Shown piece by piece: positions 40,506 to 52,738 of a DNA stretch of 64,000 bases. The DNA comes from Octopus sinensis (Eukaryota): positions 50,840,001 to 50,904,000 of the forward strand of contig NC_043007.1 of NCBI RefSeq assembly GCF_006345805.1. The letters run 5' to 3'. The stretch's first letter is position 1. Each line of letters opens with the position of its first letter. The notes below the pieces were generated by a model that searched no databases, was not told where the DNA came from, and saw only the letters and a list, made by a program, of their open reading frames with translations. The position numbers were made by a program, and so were the translations under genes.

Positions 40506-40704
40506 GAAGTACCAGTTAACAGCAACAACAATACAAAAATAAATTAGTTTCTGAAATTAGCTCATTCACTAAGATGTAGCCGATTGAAATTGGACAGCTC
40601 TACCCCTGTATATGAGTATATAACATTTACTTCATAATGGATATATAAGAAATATTTAATAGCGAATAGCGACGGTGGCAATATTAATACCAAGAGGTAA
40701 TACT

Positions 40705-41097
40705 GGCTATGTGGTAAGTAGCTTGCTTACCAACCACATAGTTCCGGGTTCAACCTTGGGCAAGTATCTTCTACTATAGCCTCGGGTCGACCAAAGCCTT
40801 GTGAGTAGATTTCGTAGGCGGAAACTGGAAGAATCCCGTCGTATATGTATATATATATGTATGTGTGTGTATATGTTTGTGTGCCTGTTTGTCCCCCCAC
40901 CCAACGTCGCTTGACAACCGATGCTGGTGTGTTTATGTCCCTGTAACTTAGCGTTTCGGCAAAAGGGGTGCGATAGAATAAGTACTAGACTTACAAAGAA
41001 TAAGCTCTGGGGTCGATTTGCTCAACTATAAAGGCGGTGCTCCAGCATGGACACAGTCAAGTGACTGAAACAAGTAAAAGAGTAAAAGAGTAAAGAG
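40705..41097 (+). mobile_element. SINE family A
   Basis: Head, internal microsatellite and (AAAAGAGT)n tail. Confidence 0.85.
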
Positions 41098-41617
41098 TTA
41101 AACGTAGATGTTCTGTTAGAACAAACTATATTGCGATAGATAGCATGAGAGAAACTCTCATTTTGGCTTTTGGCGCGATGTACACTCTTGTTTATATCGC
41201 TAGTGAGGAGATAAATCCCCGCCACCTCAAGAAAATTTGACCCAAGTCTTCATCGTGTTGTTGTGGTTAAACCACAAATTAATTCGTATTCAGCAGAGCT
41301 ACGATCAAAGGCTTTCCAGTAATGACCATCATGTCTTCTTCATTGAACAGATAGTGTATCCTGGACAACATTATTCAATCTGCGTTGTTTTTATGGTATG
41401 GGATGTGATGTGAGCGTGATTTGAATGTTTCTTCTAGCATGTTGGTCGACCACGAAAAAGGTCCCTATTTGGCTACGACGGGTATCAAACTCGTTTGACT
41501 TTTGAAGCATAAACTATATCTCATGGGCCAGGGTGAGGCAACTATTCCTGTTCACAATTAGATTGATGTCATTGAACCAAGGTGTGTGTGCTCGCGCGCG
41601 CGTGCACACACACGCAC

Positions 41618-41671
<54 letters not shown>

Positions 41672-41963
41672 TATATATAATTATGCATTTCATACAGCCA
41701 CATCTATATAAATATAGATGTGGCTGTATGAAAATCATCATAATTGTTCGACCGTGGTCGAGACAATGGAATTTACCATGCTACGCCAGACTTCACGGTC
41801 CATCATGGCATCATAAGAAGTATGAAAAGCTTGCTTCCCAACCACATGGTTCCGAGTTCCGTCCCATTATGTAGCACCTTGGGGAAGTGTCTTCTATTTA
41901 TAACCTCGAGCTGACCAAAGCGTTGTGAGTGGATTTCTCAGATTTAAACTAAAAGAAGCCCGT

Positions 41964-42009
<46 letters not shown>

Positions 42010-42010
<1 letters not shown>

Positions 42011-42350
42011 CGGAGATGTACTCGCATAGCAAGTAATTTGATCTGAGATCGTGTGCTGAAACGAAAACAATTGCAGCGTGGAAGGTGTTTATAAGCCATT
42101 TAAGAAACACACAAAAGCCGTTCGATTCACTCCAACATTTAAGTTTAATTTGTCAAAATATTTTCGTCGCTAAAATCCGCGACCTGTTCACTGACAAAGT
42201 CCGTGATGCAGCACGGACTTTGTCAGTGAACAGGTCGCGGATTTTAGCGACGAAAATATTTTGACAAATTAAACTTAAATGTTGGAGTGAATCGAACGGC
42301 TTTTGTGTGTTTCTTAAATGGCTTATAAACACCTTCCACGCTGCAATTGT
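42010..42350. repeat. PLE-like tail containing a perfect 284-bp palindrome (42067-42350)
   Basis: Arms 42067-42205 and 42212-42350 (139 bp each) with a 6-nt loop ATGCAG. Flanked by (TA)n and lying inside a split SINE A (41815-42600). Confidence 0.93.
42219..42268 (+). ncRNA. Type I hammerhead-like motif with G3:C8-swapped core GTGAACA; mirror copy 42149-42198 on minus
   Basis: TTTGTCA|GTGAACA|G GTCGC GGATTTTA GCGAC|GAAA|ATATT|T|TGACAAA. It has a 7-bp stem I, a 5-bp stem II and a palindromic stem III AATATT. Confidence 0.65.
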
Positions 42351-42429
42351 ATATATATTATATATATGATTGATTGATTGATTGATTCCAGTTTCAGCTC
42401 ATGAGCTGTGGCCATGCTGGGGCACCGCC

Positions 42430-42478
<49 letters not shown>

Positions 42479-43027
42479 TATATATATATCTATATATATA
42501 TATATATATGGGGTGGGGTCTTTGTATCTGTGTCCCATACCACCACTTGTTGGTGTGTTTACATCCCCGTAACTTAGCGATTCGGCGAAAGCGAAATCAA
42601 ACTGTTTTAAATAATGATAGACTCTCCCGTCGAAGACGACGTTTGTGTGTTCAACTTTTGCCGAACGACCTGCAAATGTATCAAGTGTATCAGATGAAGT
42701 GTTTTCCTCAAGAACACAACGCACCACTCGGTCTAGGATCTGAAATCATGATCTCGCGATTGTGAGTGCAACAGCCTAACCATTAGCCTATGCGTCCTCA
42801 ATGATAATAGTAATCCTTTCTACCATAGGCACAAGTCCTGAAATTTGCAGGTGGGGGGACTAGTCGATTACATTGAACACAGTGTTTCACTGGTACTTAA
42901 TTTATCGACCTCGAAAGGATGAAAAGTAAAGTCGACCTCGGCGGAATTTGAAGTCAAAACGTAGCGGTAGGCAAGACAACGCTAAGCATTTCGCCCGACG
43001 TGCTAACGATTCTGCCAGCTCACCGCC

Positions 43028-43108
<81 letters not shown>

Positions 43109-43626
43109 TAATGTGAAACTGAATGCTGCCGGGGCCGGAAGCGGCTCGTGGGCCATATTCTCACTTTACATTCGACAGACCCTACAAGTTAACTGAAAAT
43201 CTTTTAGATTCTTAAGCAAAGAAAGGATCGACATTTTTCACTTCTTCCGGTCTTTAGTTTTGTTATCAATAATTAAATAAAAAAATAAATTATACAAAAG
43301 CCCTATAGAGAGATTGATCCACTGTATCATTAATCTGCTCCCTAGCCAGTCTATAGTGCCGCCACAACTACCAAAACCACCCATTCGCTCCTGCCCCCAC
43401 GTAGCTATTAAACCAAATAAAACGGAGATCTTAAAAATGGTTTCTAAAATAACTGAATAGAAACAAGAATATAAAAAAGATAGAAATCATTTAATTGGTA
43501 CAATTTGGTCCCAAACTGTCTGAAGAATATGGAATAATGTGTCGGCTTGTTTGTTTTCTGTCTTCTTAGACAGCGATATCTTTCTGTGGGCGTGGCGTGG
43601 CATGCCGTGGCGTGCTATGGCGCAAC

Positions 43627-43731
<105 letters not shown>

Positions 43732-43745
43732 TATATATATGTACA

Positions 43746-43815
<70 letters not shown>

Positions 43816-44508
43816 GGAGAGAGCCATCCTTTGAGATTATATATATAACCTTTGACGTTTTATATATAAATGTGTGTGTGTGTGCGTGCATGTGTGTGCG
43901 TGTGTGTGTGTGTGTGTGTCTGTGTGTGTGTGTACTTTTTGCGGATTATGTTGTACAATGAGCAGTAACAAGTGAGGAAGACATTAGAAAGAACGTTTCT
44001 CTTCTCTTCTCAAACGAAATCAAAAGAAAGAGAAAAAGTAACTAATGTTGTTATCGGAAGAATTGAAGCAATTAGACATATGTCTTTAATATGGTAAAGA
44101 ATAATTATAGGACGCCGATGGCGGCAGCGGTGCACTTGAGGTGGGGAGGGGACAATGAATCAGGAAGATTTAAAGAAACGGTAGAACTCTGAACAAAAAT
44201 GATTTATACTATTTAGTAGTACTTTTAACCTTTTACCTTTTACTAGTTTTCACTCATTGGACTGCAGGCATACTTGGGGCACCGGCCTGAAAGATTTCAG
44301 TGGATACAAATCGACCCCAGTACTTATTTTCAAAGTCTAGTCCTTATTCTAACGGTGTTTTTTTGCCGAATCGCTAGTTTACAGAGACGTAAGCAGGGCT
44401 GAAGTCGGAACCAAGTAGTTGGTAAGCAAACTACTTAACGCGCAGCCACTCCTGTGTCTGTAGCCACTCCTGTAAGTATGTGTGCGTGTTTGTGTGTGTG
44501 AGAAAGGA

Positions 44509-44557
<49 letters not shown>

Positions 44558-44737
44558 CAGAGAGAGACAGAGATACCCGTACATCATGCAATCAAAATTC
44601 GTAAGCAACTTTAAACTAGTTCCTGTTTGGAGCAAGACATTCATGAAACGCGGGCAAAATCAGGCGAAACTTGTCTAGCTGTTTTCGAGATCGCTCTTCA
44701 GAGCTCCCTAGCTTAGCCATAGCACACACGATATATA

Positions 44738-44862
44738 TAAACAATTGCAGCGTGGAAGATATTGGTAAGCCGTTCAAGAACACACAATAACCGTTAGTTT
44801 CACTTCAACATTTATTTCCATTCGTGTCAAAATATTTTCGTCGCTTTAAAACCGCGACCTGT
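44738..44862 (-). mobile_element. Second copy of the 42010-42350 PLE-like tail family, truncated within the ribozyme core
   Basis: ACAATTGCAGCGTGGAAG...TGTCAAAATATTTTCGTCGCTTTAAAACCGCGACCTGT. The GTCGC/GCGAC stem is kept and the loop differs. Confidence 0.8.
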
Positions 44863-44878
44863 GATAATATATATATTA

Positions 44879-44951
<73 letters not shown>

Positions 44952-45604
44952 ATATATATATATATATAATATATATATATATACCGGAGATCTATTTAGG
45001 TTTATTAAATGTGTGCCAGCAGATACACGCACGCGTGTGTCTGCCTGTATGTCTGTACTTATATATATAGTTTATCCATGCGTGATCTGTAAAAAAAAAG
45101 TGTTTTGCTCTGAAAGATTCACTTGATTAGACGTGCTCGAGAGTCGACAATTTTGATGTCGGAAAGTGACGGATGCCGTCAATTGTATAAATACATGTTT
45201 CTATGAACAAACTCCATTTTTTTGTTTCTTTTTAATTCCTTTTTTTTTTACCTGTTACTTTTGCTGTTATTATAACAGCGGGGAGCACTCCACTAAGTTG
45301 TTTCTATGGCTGCTACTACCGGCTGACTTTTACCTCCATCGTTTTTGATCTTACTCTCCTCCACTTCCTCCCGGCATAGCTTGAAGCGCCGTGATGTCCA
45401 GCCATGAAACGCAGGATGGTAAATCTTATTAACAGCAACAGCCACGATCAAACAAACCCAATGGGGGAAAATTTCCACATGTTAAATCATCCGATATATT
45501 CATAACAATAGTGTCTTTTGAAAGATTATAATGAGGGCAACACCTATGGAACGTATCAGGAGCAGAAAGGTCAATCGACCATTATCGAGATGGTGACGAT
45601 AATG

Positions 45605-45636
<32 letters not shown>

Positions 45637-46149
45637 GACGACGACGACGACGATGATGACGATGATGGTGACGACGATGATTATGATAATGATGATGGCG
45701 ATGACGATGGTAGTGACGATGGTGATGATGACGATGGTGAGATGTCAGAGGAAAAGGAGGAAAATGACAACGATGATGACGATGATATGATAATGATGGT
45801 GATGTTGATGGTAGTGGTGGCGATAATGATAAACGATAATGATGACGACAACGACGATGATGGTGATGAACATGACGGTGATGATGGTGTTGACGATGAT
45901 GATGATGATGATGGTGGTGGTAGTTATGGTGATCATGATGACAACTGCTATTATGGTGATAAATATTTAAAAATTAATTTCTTTTATTGATCACAAGGGA
46001 CAAAAACATTACAAAAGGTGAAATATTAAAATAAAACAATAAACAAAAATAATAAGCGATTTACTAGGAGTAAAAGATCAACAAAGCAATAAAAACAGTA
46101 AAAAATAACAATAACAACGCCAAAATAGCAAGAAATGATCACCCTCCTA

Positions 46150-46830
46150 ATGGGGGAAATCAGCCATCTAGAGTAATCCCGCGCATCCGACACACAACCT
46201 CAGATTACTTTGACATACCCAAGACCATTTCCTACTTCTAGTTCTTGAGTCCAATCTATAGCCACCTTTATCAGTATGTTCAAATCTTAGCTTTCTAAAT
46301 AGCTCCCAGTTGATTACTCATCCTTGGTTGTCGTGTTTTTTCTTGTATTCTTTCTGTGGCAGCATGCTACATTCACTTACTATATGAGTAATACTTTCCT
46401 CTTTTGATTTGCCTAACCTACATTGGGAATCTACTTGGTTTTTGTCAATCGTGCTTTTTATCCAATTAGTTCTTAATGCTTGATCTTGTGCTGCTATTAA
46501 ACTTTATGTCTCCTTTTCAGCTTTCCTTTCTGCAACCAGAAATTTTCAGGTGTTAACTTCTTGTGATTCTAACAGCTGTTAATAAACTTACTTCACTATT
46601 ACCTACATAGGAGTCTATGTCTACTCATGCAGTCTTCTACTGATATTATCCCTCTTCCAACTTCATTTCTAGGTAAGTATAATCTTGTTACTCCTGCCCT
46701 TGGATGGAGTCTTCCATTCATATCGAATTCCTTCCTAGTTCTTCTGTCCATCTTTGTTAATTCAGTTTTTATCCAATCTTCAAAAGCTGCTCAGTATCTA
46801 AGTAATGATACTGCCCGAGTATTGAACTCA
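46150..46830 (-). mobile_element. Decayed, internally deleted Dong/R4-type LINE
   Basis: Minus-strand translation NTRAVSLLRY, ELTKMDRRTRK and LHPRAGVTRLYLPRNEVGRGIISVED, homologous to the HPKADVE.FYLPRKEGGRGL region at 61170-61230. Confidence 0.78.
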
Positions 46831-47039
46831 GAAGAGAACGAAACGGAAGAAAAGGCCCTAATTATGTATGTGTTTGTGCGTACGTGTGTGTGTATGTGTT
46901 TGCGCGTGTGTGTGTATACACACACTCGCACACACACATATATATGTCGGTAGTAGGTGGGAATGTGTGTGTGTATGTTTGACAAGTTTTCTTTTCATAA
47001 CCAAGAAATGGTGCCATCTCTATGTTATGGCTAATCTTT

Positions 47040-47625
47040 GCATTGGCAGGATTCTTAGTGAGTTGGGAAAATGCTTTGCTTTATTACCTTCGAGTTCTGA
47101 AATCTAATCCTGCTGAGGTCAGTTTTAGCTTTCATCATTTCGAAGTGGATAAAAATAAGTTCCAGTTAGAAACTGAGGTCGATGTAACCGACTTACCCTC
47201 CCTCGAAATTGCTCGCCTTCTGTCAAAATTTGAAACCATTATTATCATTATTTAAAACAGTTTGGATGGGCTCCATGCAGAATGAAAACTGTTTTGAATG
47301 AAAATATGTAACTCCTACTAAATGTGTTGAGAGTTTTGAGCGCTAAGCGGGAATTTGAGAGGCACAAATTTCGATTCTCTGTGGCGACATTCTGGCCACC
47401 ATTTTAAGTAAGCGGCGAACTGGTAGAATCATTACCGCGCCGGGCAAAATGCTTAGCGGCATTACGTTCTGAGTTCAAATTCCGTCGAAGCTGACTTTGC
47501 CCTTCCTTCGTTAAAATAGGTACCCGTTGAGCGCTGGGGTCGATCAAATCGATCTATCCCTCACCCGAAATTCCTGGCCTTGTACCAAAATTTGAAACCA
47601 CCACCACTACTACTACCATCATTAC

Positions 47626-47669
<44 letters not shown>

Positions 47670-47880
47670 ACAACAACAACAAAGCAGAATCGTTAGCATG
47701 CCGGACAAAACACGTGATAGCATTTGGTCTGTCATCACGTTCTGAGTTCAAAGTCCACTGAATTCGACTTTACCTTTCATCCTTTCGGAATCGATAAAGT
47801 AAGTACCCGTCGAGTACTAGGGTCGATTGTCACTTCCTCCAAAATTTCAGGCCTTATGCCTATACTTGAAAGAATTATTA
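47040..47880 (+). mobile_element. Cluster of three SINE family C copies
   Basis: Repeated TTCTGAGTTCAAAT..CGACTTTGCC..GTACC..GGGGTCGAT cores at ~47040-47250, 47400-47600 and 47690-47880. Confidence 0.78.
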
Positions 47881-48158
47881 TTATTCGCATACGCCTTTGC
47901 TTTCTCTCAAATTATATATATAACAAAAATATAATCCCTACAAGAAAAACCAAAATACATGGGTATAAAATCCAGTATTTATAGAAGGTCATGCGTTATT
48001 ACTTGGAGTGGATGGAAATTCGGTTAATAGGAAAATACAGAGGCACGAAGTTTATCGAAGTATTTTCTGATTTACTGTAATATTTATTTCTCCTGTTTAT
48101 GGCAAAACGATTATTCGTTCCGTCACTTCTTGCGAGATTTGCGCTAGCCCAACCATAG

Positions 48159-48246
<88 letters not shown>

Positions 48247-48554
48247 TACATACATTTATCTGTACACATACACACACATACATGAGGTGAGTAAGAGTGT
48301 GGCAGTCGTTGAAATATTTTCTGACAACTATTGAGCTTGGTATCAGCGAAACATTTCCCCCTTAATAGAAGATATTTTATCAAATGTTATGTTAAGTGGT
48401 ATTCGGTACTGTTGACTGTGATGTTAACCAGAATATTTCAGTTTATTGCTGTATACATATTTAAACAACTCTATTTTTTACAATTTTGAGTACTTTTTTC
48501 GTGATATTTTTCTGTATCGGAAAACTGCAGTATTAGTTGTGTGAATTTGAGTGT

Positions 48555-48636
<82 letters not shown>

Positions 48637-49469
48637 ATACGCGTGTGTGCATGAAGGTCGAAGTGCGTGTATATATTCATATGCACTTATGATGAGTGTA
48701 GGCGTATACATGTATATATATTTGCGAATGTATATATATCTTTAATCTTTCATCTTTTACTTGCTTCAGTCATTGGATGGCTGCCTTGCAAAGACACCAC
48801 CTTGAAGATTTGTCGAACAAACTCACACCAGTACATTTTATATAATATATCGGGTACTTATTCTATCCTCTTTGTTGCAAAACCGCTATGTGACGGGAAC
48901 GTTAACAAACCAACACCAGTTTTGAGGTGGTGGTGGCGGTGGAGAAAAACATAAGCACAAAAGCACATACATATATATATATACATATATGTGTTTGTCT
49001 GTTTGTCTGTGTGTATGGCATGCTTCTTTCAGTTACCGTCATACAGCTACACCTGCGCCTATACATGCTTTACATATGCATGTTAATACATGTATGTGTG
49101 TGTGTGTATGTGTGTTTTTATATATATCTAAATAAACATGTCCAAACATATATAGGATCCAGTTGTTTTCATTCACAAAATATGCATTTTTTAAAGGAAG
49201 TAAAAAATATGAAAATCGGCTATAATAATGTAGCTTTCCAGTCTCATTGCTCTGAAGTTATAATGTTGTGGAGAAAAAAATTGGAGAAGAAAGTCATAGA
49301 GGTTTAAAAAGCGAAAAAAACTGGATATTTTTAGCCAAGAGCGAGACAGAAAGGTTGTACCTTATAAAATTTATAGTTTAGTGTCTGACCTGTTCATTGT
49401 AGGTTTCTAAATAAAAAGAAATAGCTAATTTCCTTGTAAGTTTCTAAATAAACAGAAATATCTAATAAA

Positions 49470-49765
49470 ATCAACACGTATCATCTTTTGCTGAACCGCC
49501 AAATTTGGGAGACGTAAACACACCGACACCGATTGTCAAGTGGTGATGGGGGGGGGGTGAAGCACAGACCCATACACATAGATATATGCCCATATATATA
49601 CGAGGGGCTTCTTTCAGTTTCCACCAATCAAATCCACACAAAAGGCTTTGGTAGGCCCAAGGATATAGTAGAAACACTTTTCCGAAGTGCCATGCAGTGG
49701 GACTGAAACCTGAACCACGTGATTGGGAAGCAAGCTTCTTACCACACAGCCATTCCTGCGGTGCA
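49470..49765 (-). mobile_element. SINE family A (tail-truncated)
   Basis: Reverse-complement homology to the family. Confidence 0.8.
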
Positions 49766-50092
49766 TATACATACATACCCATAAAGAACCAAACACAAAA
49801 ACGATGTATGCATATAATGAAGGTAATTAGCTCACTGGTTAAAGTATTCGGCTCACGATCGGCATGTCGTGGGTCCAATTATCGGCGATGCGTTGTGTCC
49901 TTGAGCAAACCATTTATTATACGTTGCTCCAGTCCACTCAAAGAGCTAGCTTTGTCACACTGTCGCGCTGAATCTCAGCCACTTGCACGTTCACTAATAG
50001 GCTGTTCCGTTGATCGGATCAACGACCGCGTGTGTACCGTTGGCGATTTTTTTTCCTCTGTCTTCCCTTCTCTGGATCTTTCCATCTCCTAT

Positions 50093-50127
50093 GTTTCCAA
50101 CGAAGAGCTCCGCTCGAAACGTTAAAC
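50093..50127 (+). ncRNA. Hammerhead-like motif, sister of 10513-10547, core CCAACGA, in PLE-like tail 50045-50218
   Basis: GTTT|CCAACGA|A GAGC TCC GCTC|GAAA|CGT|T|AAAC. G5 is lost, consistent with CpG decay of CCGACGA. Confidence 0.55.
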
Positions 50128-50424
50128 CCTCCTTCTTTCCTGAGCGTCCAATAATACTATATTTGTACCACGTCCTCGCATTGTTGTGTTTTTTTGTGCT
50201 TTCTTGTTTGGATTAACTATATATATATATACTCTATGTTGACTGATGATAGAGTATGGACGGATTTTTGATGTCCAATGATACCCTACATACCTATTTG
50301 ATTATGAAGATTTACAAACATACTTTCTCTGTGCAACTCAATATACCCACCATTATGGATGATACAAAATGTACATTTTCGGTTTTTCATAATGTGATGG
50401 AAGTCTTTGGTATAGCAATTGGAA

Positions 50425-50516
50425 GCGGCTGAAGAGACCTTTAAACCATCTGTTATATCGATTATACATTGATGTAAGAATGGGTTGTTGTATAAAACTT
50501 GAAACACGTGTACCGC
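50425..50516 (+). ncRNA. Type I hammerhead-like motif with canonical core and long stem II, in PLE-like tail ~50230-50555
   Basis: GCGG|CTGAAGA|65 nt imperfect stem-loop|GAAA|CACGTGT|A|CCGC. Palindromic stem III ACACGTGT, GUA cleavage triplet and 4-bp stem I. Confidence 0.6.
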
Positions 50517-50552
50517 GACATCCTTTGTGTTCTGTTTTTTTATTTCATTTGA

Positions 50553-50586
<34 letters not shown>

Positions 50587-50616
50587 AACACACACATATA
50601 CATATATGTATGTACA

Positions 50617-50787
50617 GGCGTTGGAGTGGCTGTGTGGTCAGTAGCTTGCTTACCAACCACATGGTTCCGGGTTCAGTCCCACTGCGTGGCACCTTGGGCA
50701 AGTGTCTTCTACTATAGCTTCGGGCGGACCAAAGCCTTGTGAGTGGATTTGGTAGAAGGAAACTGAAAGAACCCCGTCGTATATATG

Positions 50788-50818
<31 letters not shown>

Positions 50819-51105
50819 TATATATGTGTGTGTGTGGTGTGTGTGTGTGTGTGTGTGTGTTTGTGTGCGTGTGTGTGTGCGTGTGTGTGTGTGTGTTTGT
50901 GTGTCTTTGTTTGTCCACCCAACATCAATTGACAACTGATGCTGGTGTGTTTACGTCCCCGTAACTTAGCGGTTCGGCAAAAGGGGACCAATAGAATAAG
51001 TACTAGGCTTACAAAGAATAAGTCCTGGGGTCGATTTACTCGACTAAAGGCGGTGCTCCAGCATGACCACAGTCAAATGACTGAAACAAGTAAAAGAGTA
51101 AAAGA
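50617..51105 (+). mobile_element. SINE family A, full length
   Basis: Head, long internal TA/TG tract and AAAAGAGT tail. Confidence 0.9.
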
Positions 51106-51967
51106 GAGCATGTATGTATTCGCATACATATAAATACAATTATATACTTACACATACTAATATACGTACACATAGACACACACACACCATGCAGTGTTCT
51201 CTTAACAGAGAAGACTGCTTCTGAAACTGTTGAAAAAAAAGAACACAAATAAAGCTAGCTTCCCCACTACCGCCATATTACACACTGCTGCCATTAAACA
51301 CCAACTCCAGCTTTCTTTAACTAATACGGTCCGTAAAAAAATAGTCATATTACTTTTACACCGTGGTATCTTATTAATGAATTTAATGTCTGTTGTAGTA
51401 GTATTAGTAAAAGCAGCATTGCAGTAGCGGTTTATTAACAACCTGATTGTTAAATATAGTCAACACTTAACTGACTTTCGGCAATAAGTTGGTCAAAAAC
51501 TGGTGACTTTCAACCATTAGACAAACATGTGATTAATTGTTATTGATTTTATAGTTTCACCCAACATTAGTTCTTATGGAGCAGTGTTATAATTAAAGGC
51601 CTTATCTTTTTTTTTAATACCGTCTCAAAATGCAGTATGTCTGAAACGTGATCAAATAGTAACAGTTTGATATTGAATTCATTAAAGAATTATGGCGGAG
51701 AAGAGTCTTGCATTCGACTGGGGGAACCATTGAATATTTCAGTGTGATATGCCAGATATTTGATACAAGTGGGGCAATAACCTGAGAACATAGACCACAC
51801 AGACTGGTCAATGTACGAGTAGACAATGATCATAATAATTGTATGTATGTATGTAAGTAGGTAGGCAATTACACGGGTAAAAAAATTAAATATAAAACCT
51901 TGGATTTGATGTACGAAAGACTAAAGATTTTTCAGACGATGAATATGAAAGGTAAGATTTTTTTCTA

Positions 51968-52092
51968 CGCTGATGACAGAGGCTCGATATATGCAATGAT
52001 TATTTGCTTTCATTAAGGGGTACATATTTTGATGATCTACATCTACTAATATTATGGTGGATCCCCGAGCCTCCAGAAACAGTTGATCGACT
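51968..52092 (+). ncRNA. Decayed hammerhead-like motif with long stem II inside an inverted-repeat-bounded unit (51915-52222)
   Basis: CTGATGA at 51970-51976. GAGGCTCG (51979-86) pairs with CGAGCCTC (52066-73), and GAAA is at 52076-79. Stem III and stem I are degraded. Outer ~30-bp inverted repeats at 51917-51947 and 52192-52222. Confidence 0.45.
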
Positions 52093-52234
52093 TATACCAC
52101 CGTACGTCTTCCCCTTTAATTTTCTCTATCGTTTTGTACTCTGTGATAGTTTCACCTATCGATATATAAATATCTATATATTTATACTTAAATATTCATC
52201 GTCTGCAAATCTTCAGTCTTGCTTTCTTTCTGTT

Positions 52235-52303
<69 letters not shown>

Positions 52304-52307
<4 letters not shown>

Positions 52308-52460
52308 AGAGTTCACGAAAAGACAAAAGACGAAGACAAGTGGTGTAGAAAACAAACAGATGTATTAGTATAAGGCTCAGGAATTGAAAAAGTCTTTAAC
52401 ATTTAGAGCCTACGCTCTTCCAAAGAAGAAAGGAACACAGAAAGAAACAAGGAGACAAAA
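52304..52460 (-). mobile_element. PLE-like tail of the 36725-36855 family with decayed hammerhead
   Basis: Reverse complement CTTCTTTGGAAGAGCGTAGGCTCTAAATGTTAAAGAC; abuts (TA)n. Confidence 0.6.
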
Positions 52461-52486
52461 ACATGTATGTAGTGGCTACCGATCTA

Positions 52487-52573
52487 TTATGGCTATAAGA
52501 GGAACCAAGGTGAGCGGATGTGGAGGCCATTATGCAGATAAACAAATTAAATATAATAGCTTGGGTTTGATAC

Positions 52574-52647
<74 letters not shown>

Positions 52648-52738
52648 ATTGTATATCAAACCAAGTTGTTATATTTAATTCGTTTATCCGCATAATCGCC
52701 TCCACACCCGCTCACCTTGGTTCCTCTTGTAGCCACTC
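52487..52738. repeat. ~88-bp inverted repeat pair enclosing a (TA)n tract
   Basis: TGGCTATAAGAGGAACCAAGGTGAGCGG...TTTGATACA versus TGTATATCAAACC...CTTGGTTCCTCTTGTAGCCA, ~88% identity by eye. Confidence 0.85.

Noticed and set aside
44677-44707. Minus-strand AGCT-CTGAAGA-GCGATCTC-GAAA-AC-AGCT
   Set aside because: The core is intact but there is no UH triplet or stem III. It may be a decayed hammerhead or chance, and was not counted.
46598-46676. Strong plus-strand donor TAG|GTAAGT
   Set aside because: It lies antisense inside a decayed Dong LINE, with no support for exon use.
51614-51826. 70-aa minus-strand ORF with an acceptor-like TTCTCAG
   Set aside because: The donor is weak and no homology is recognised. 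It cannot be distinguished from chance.
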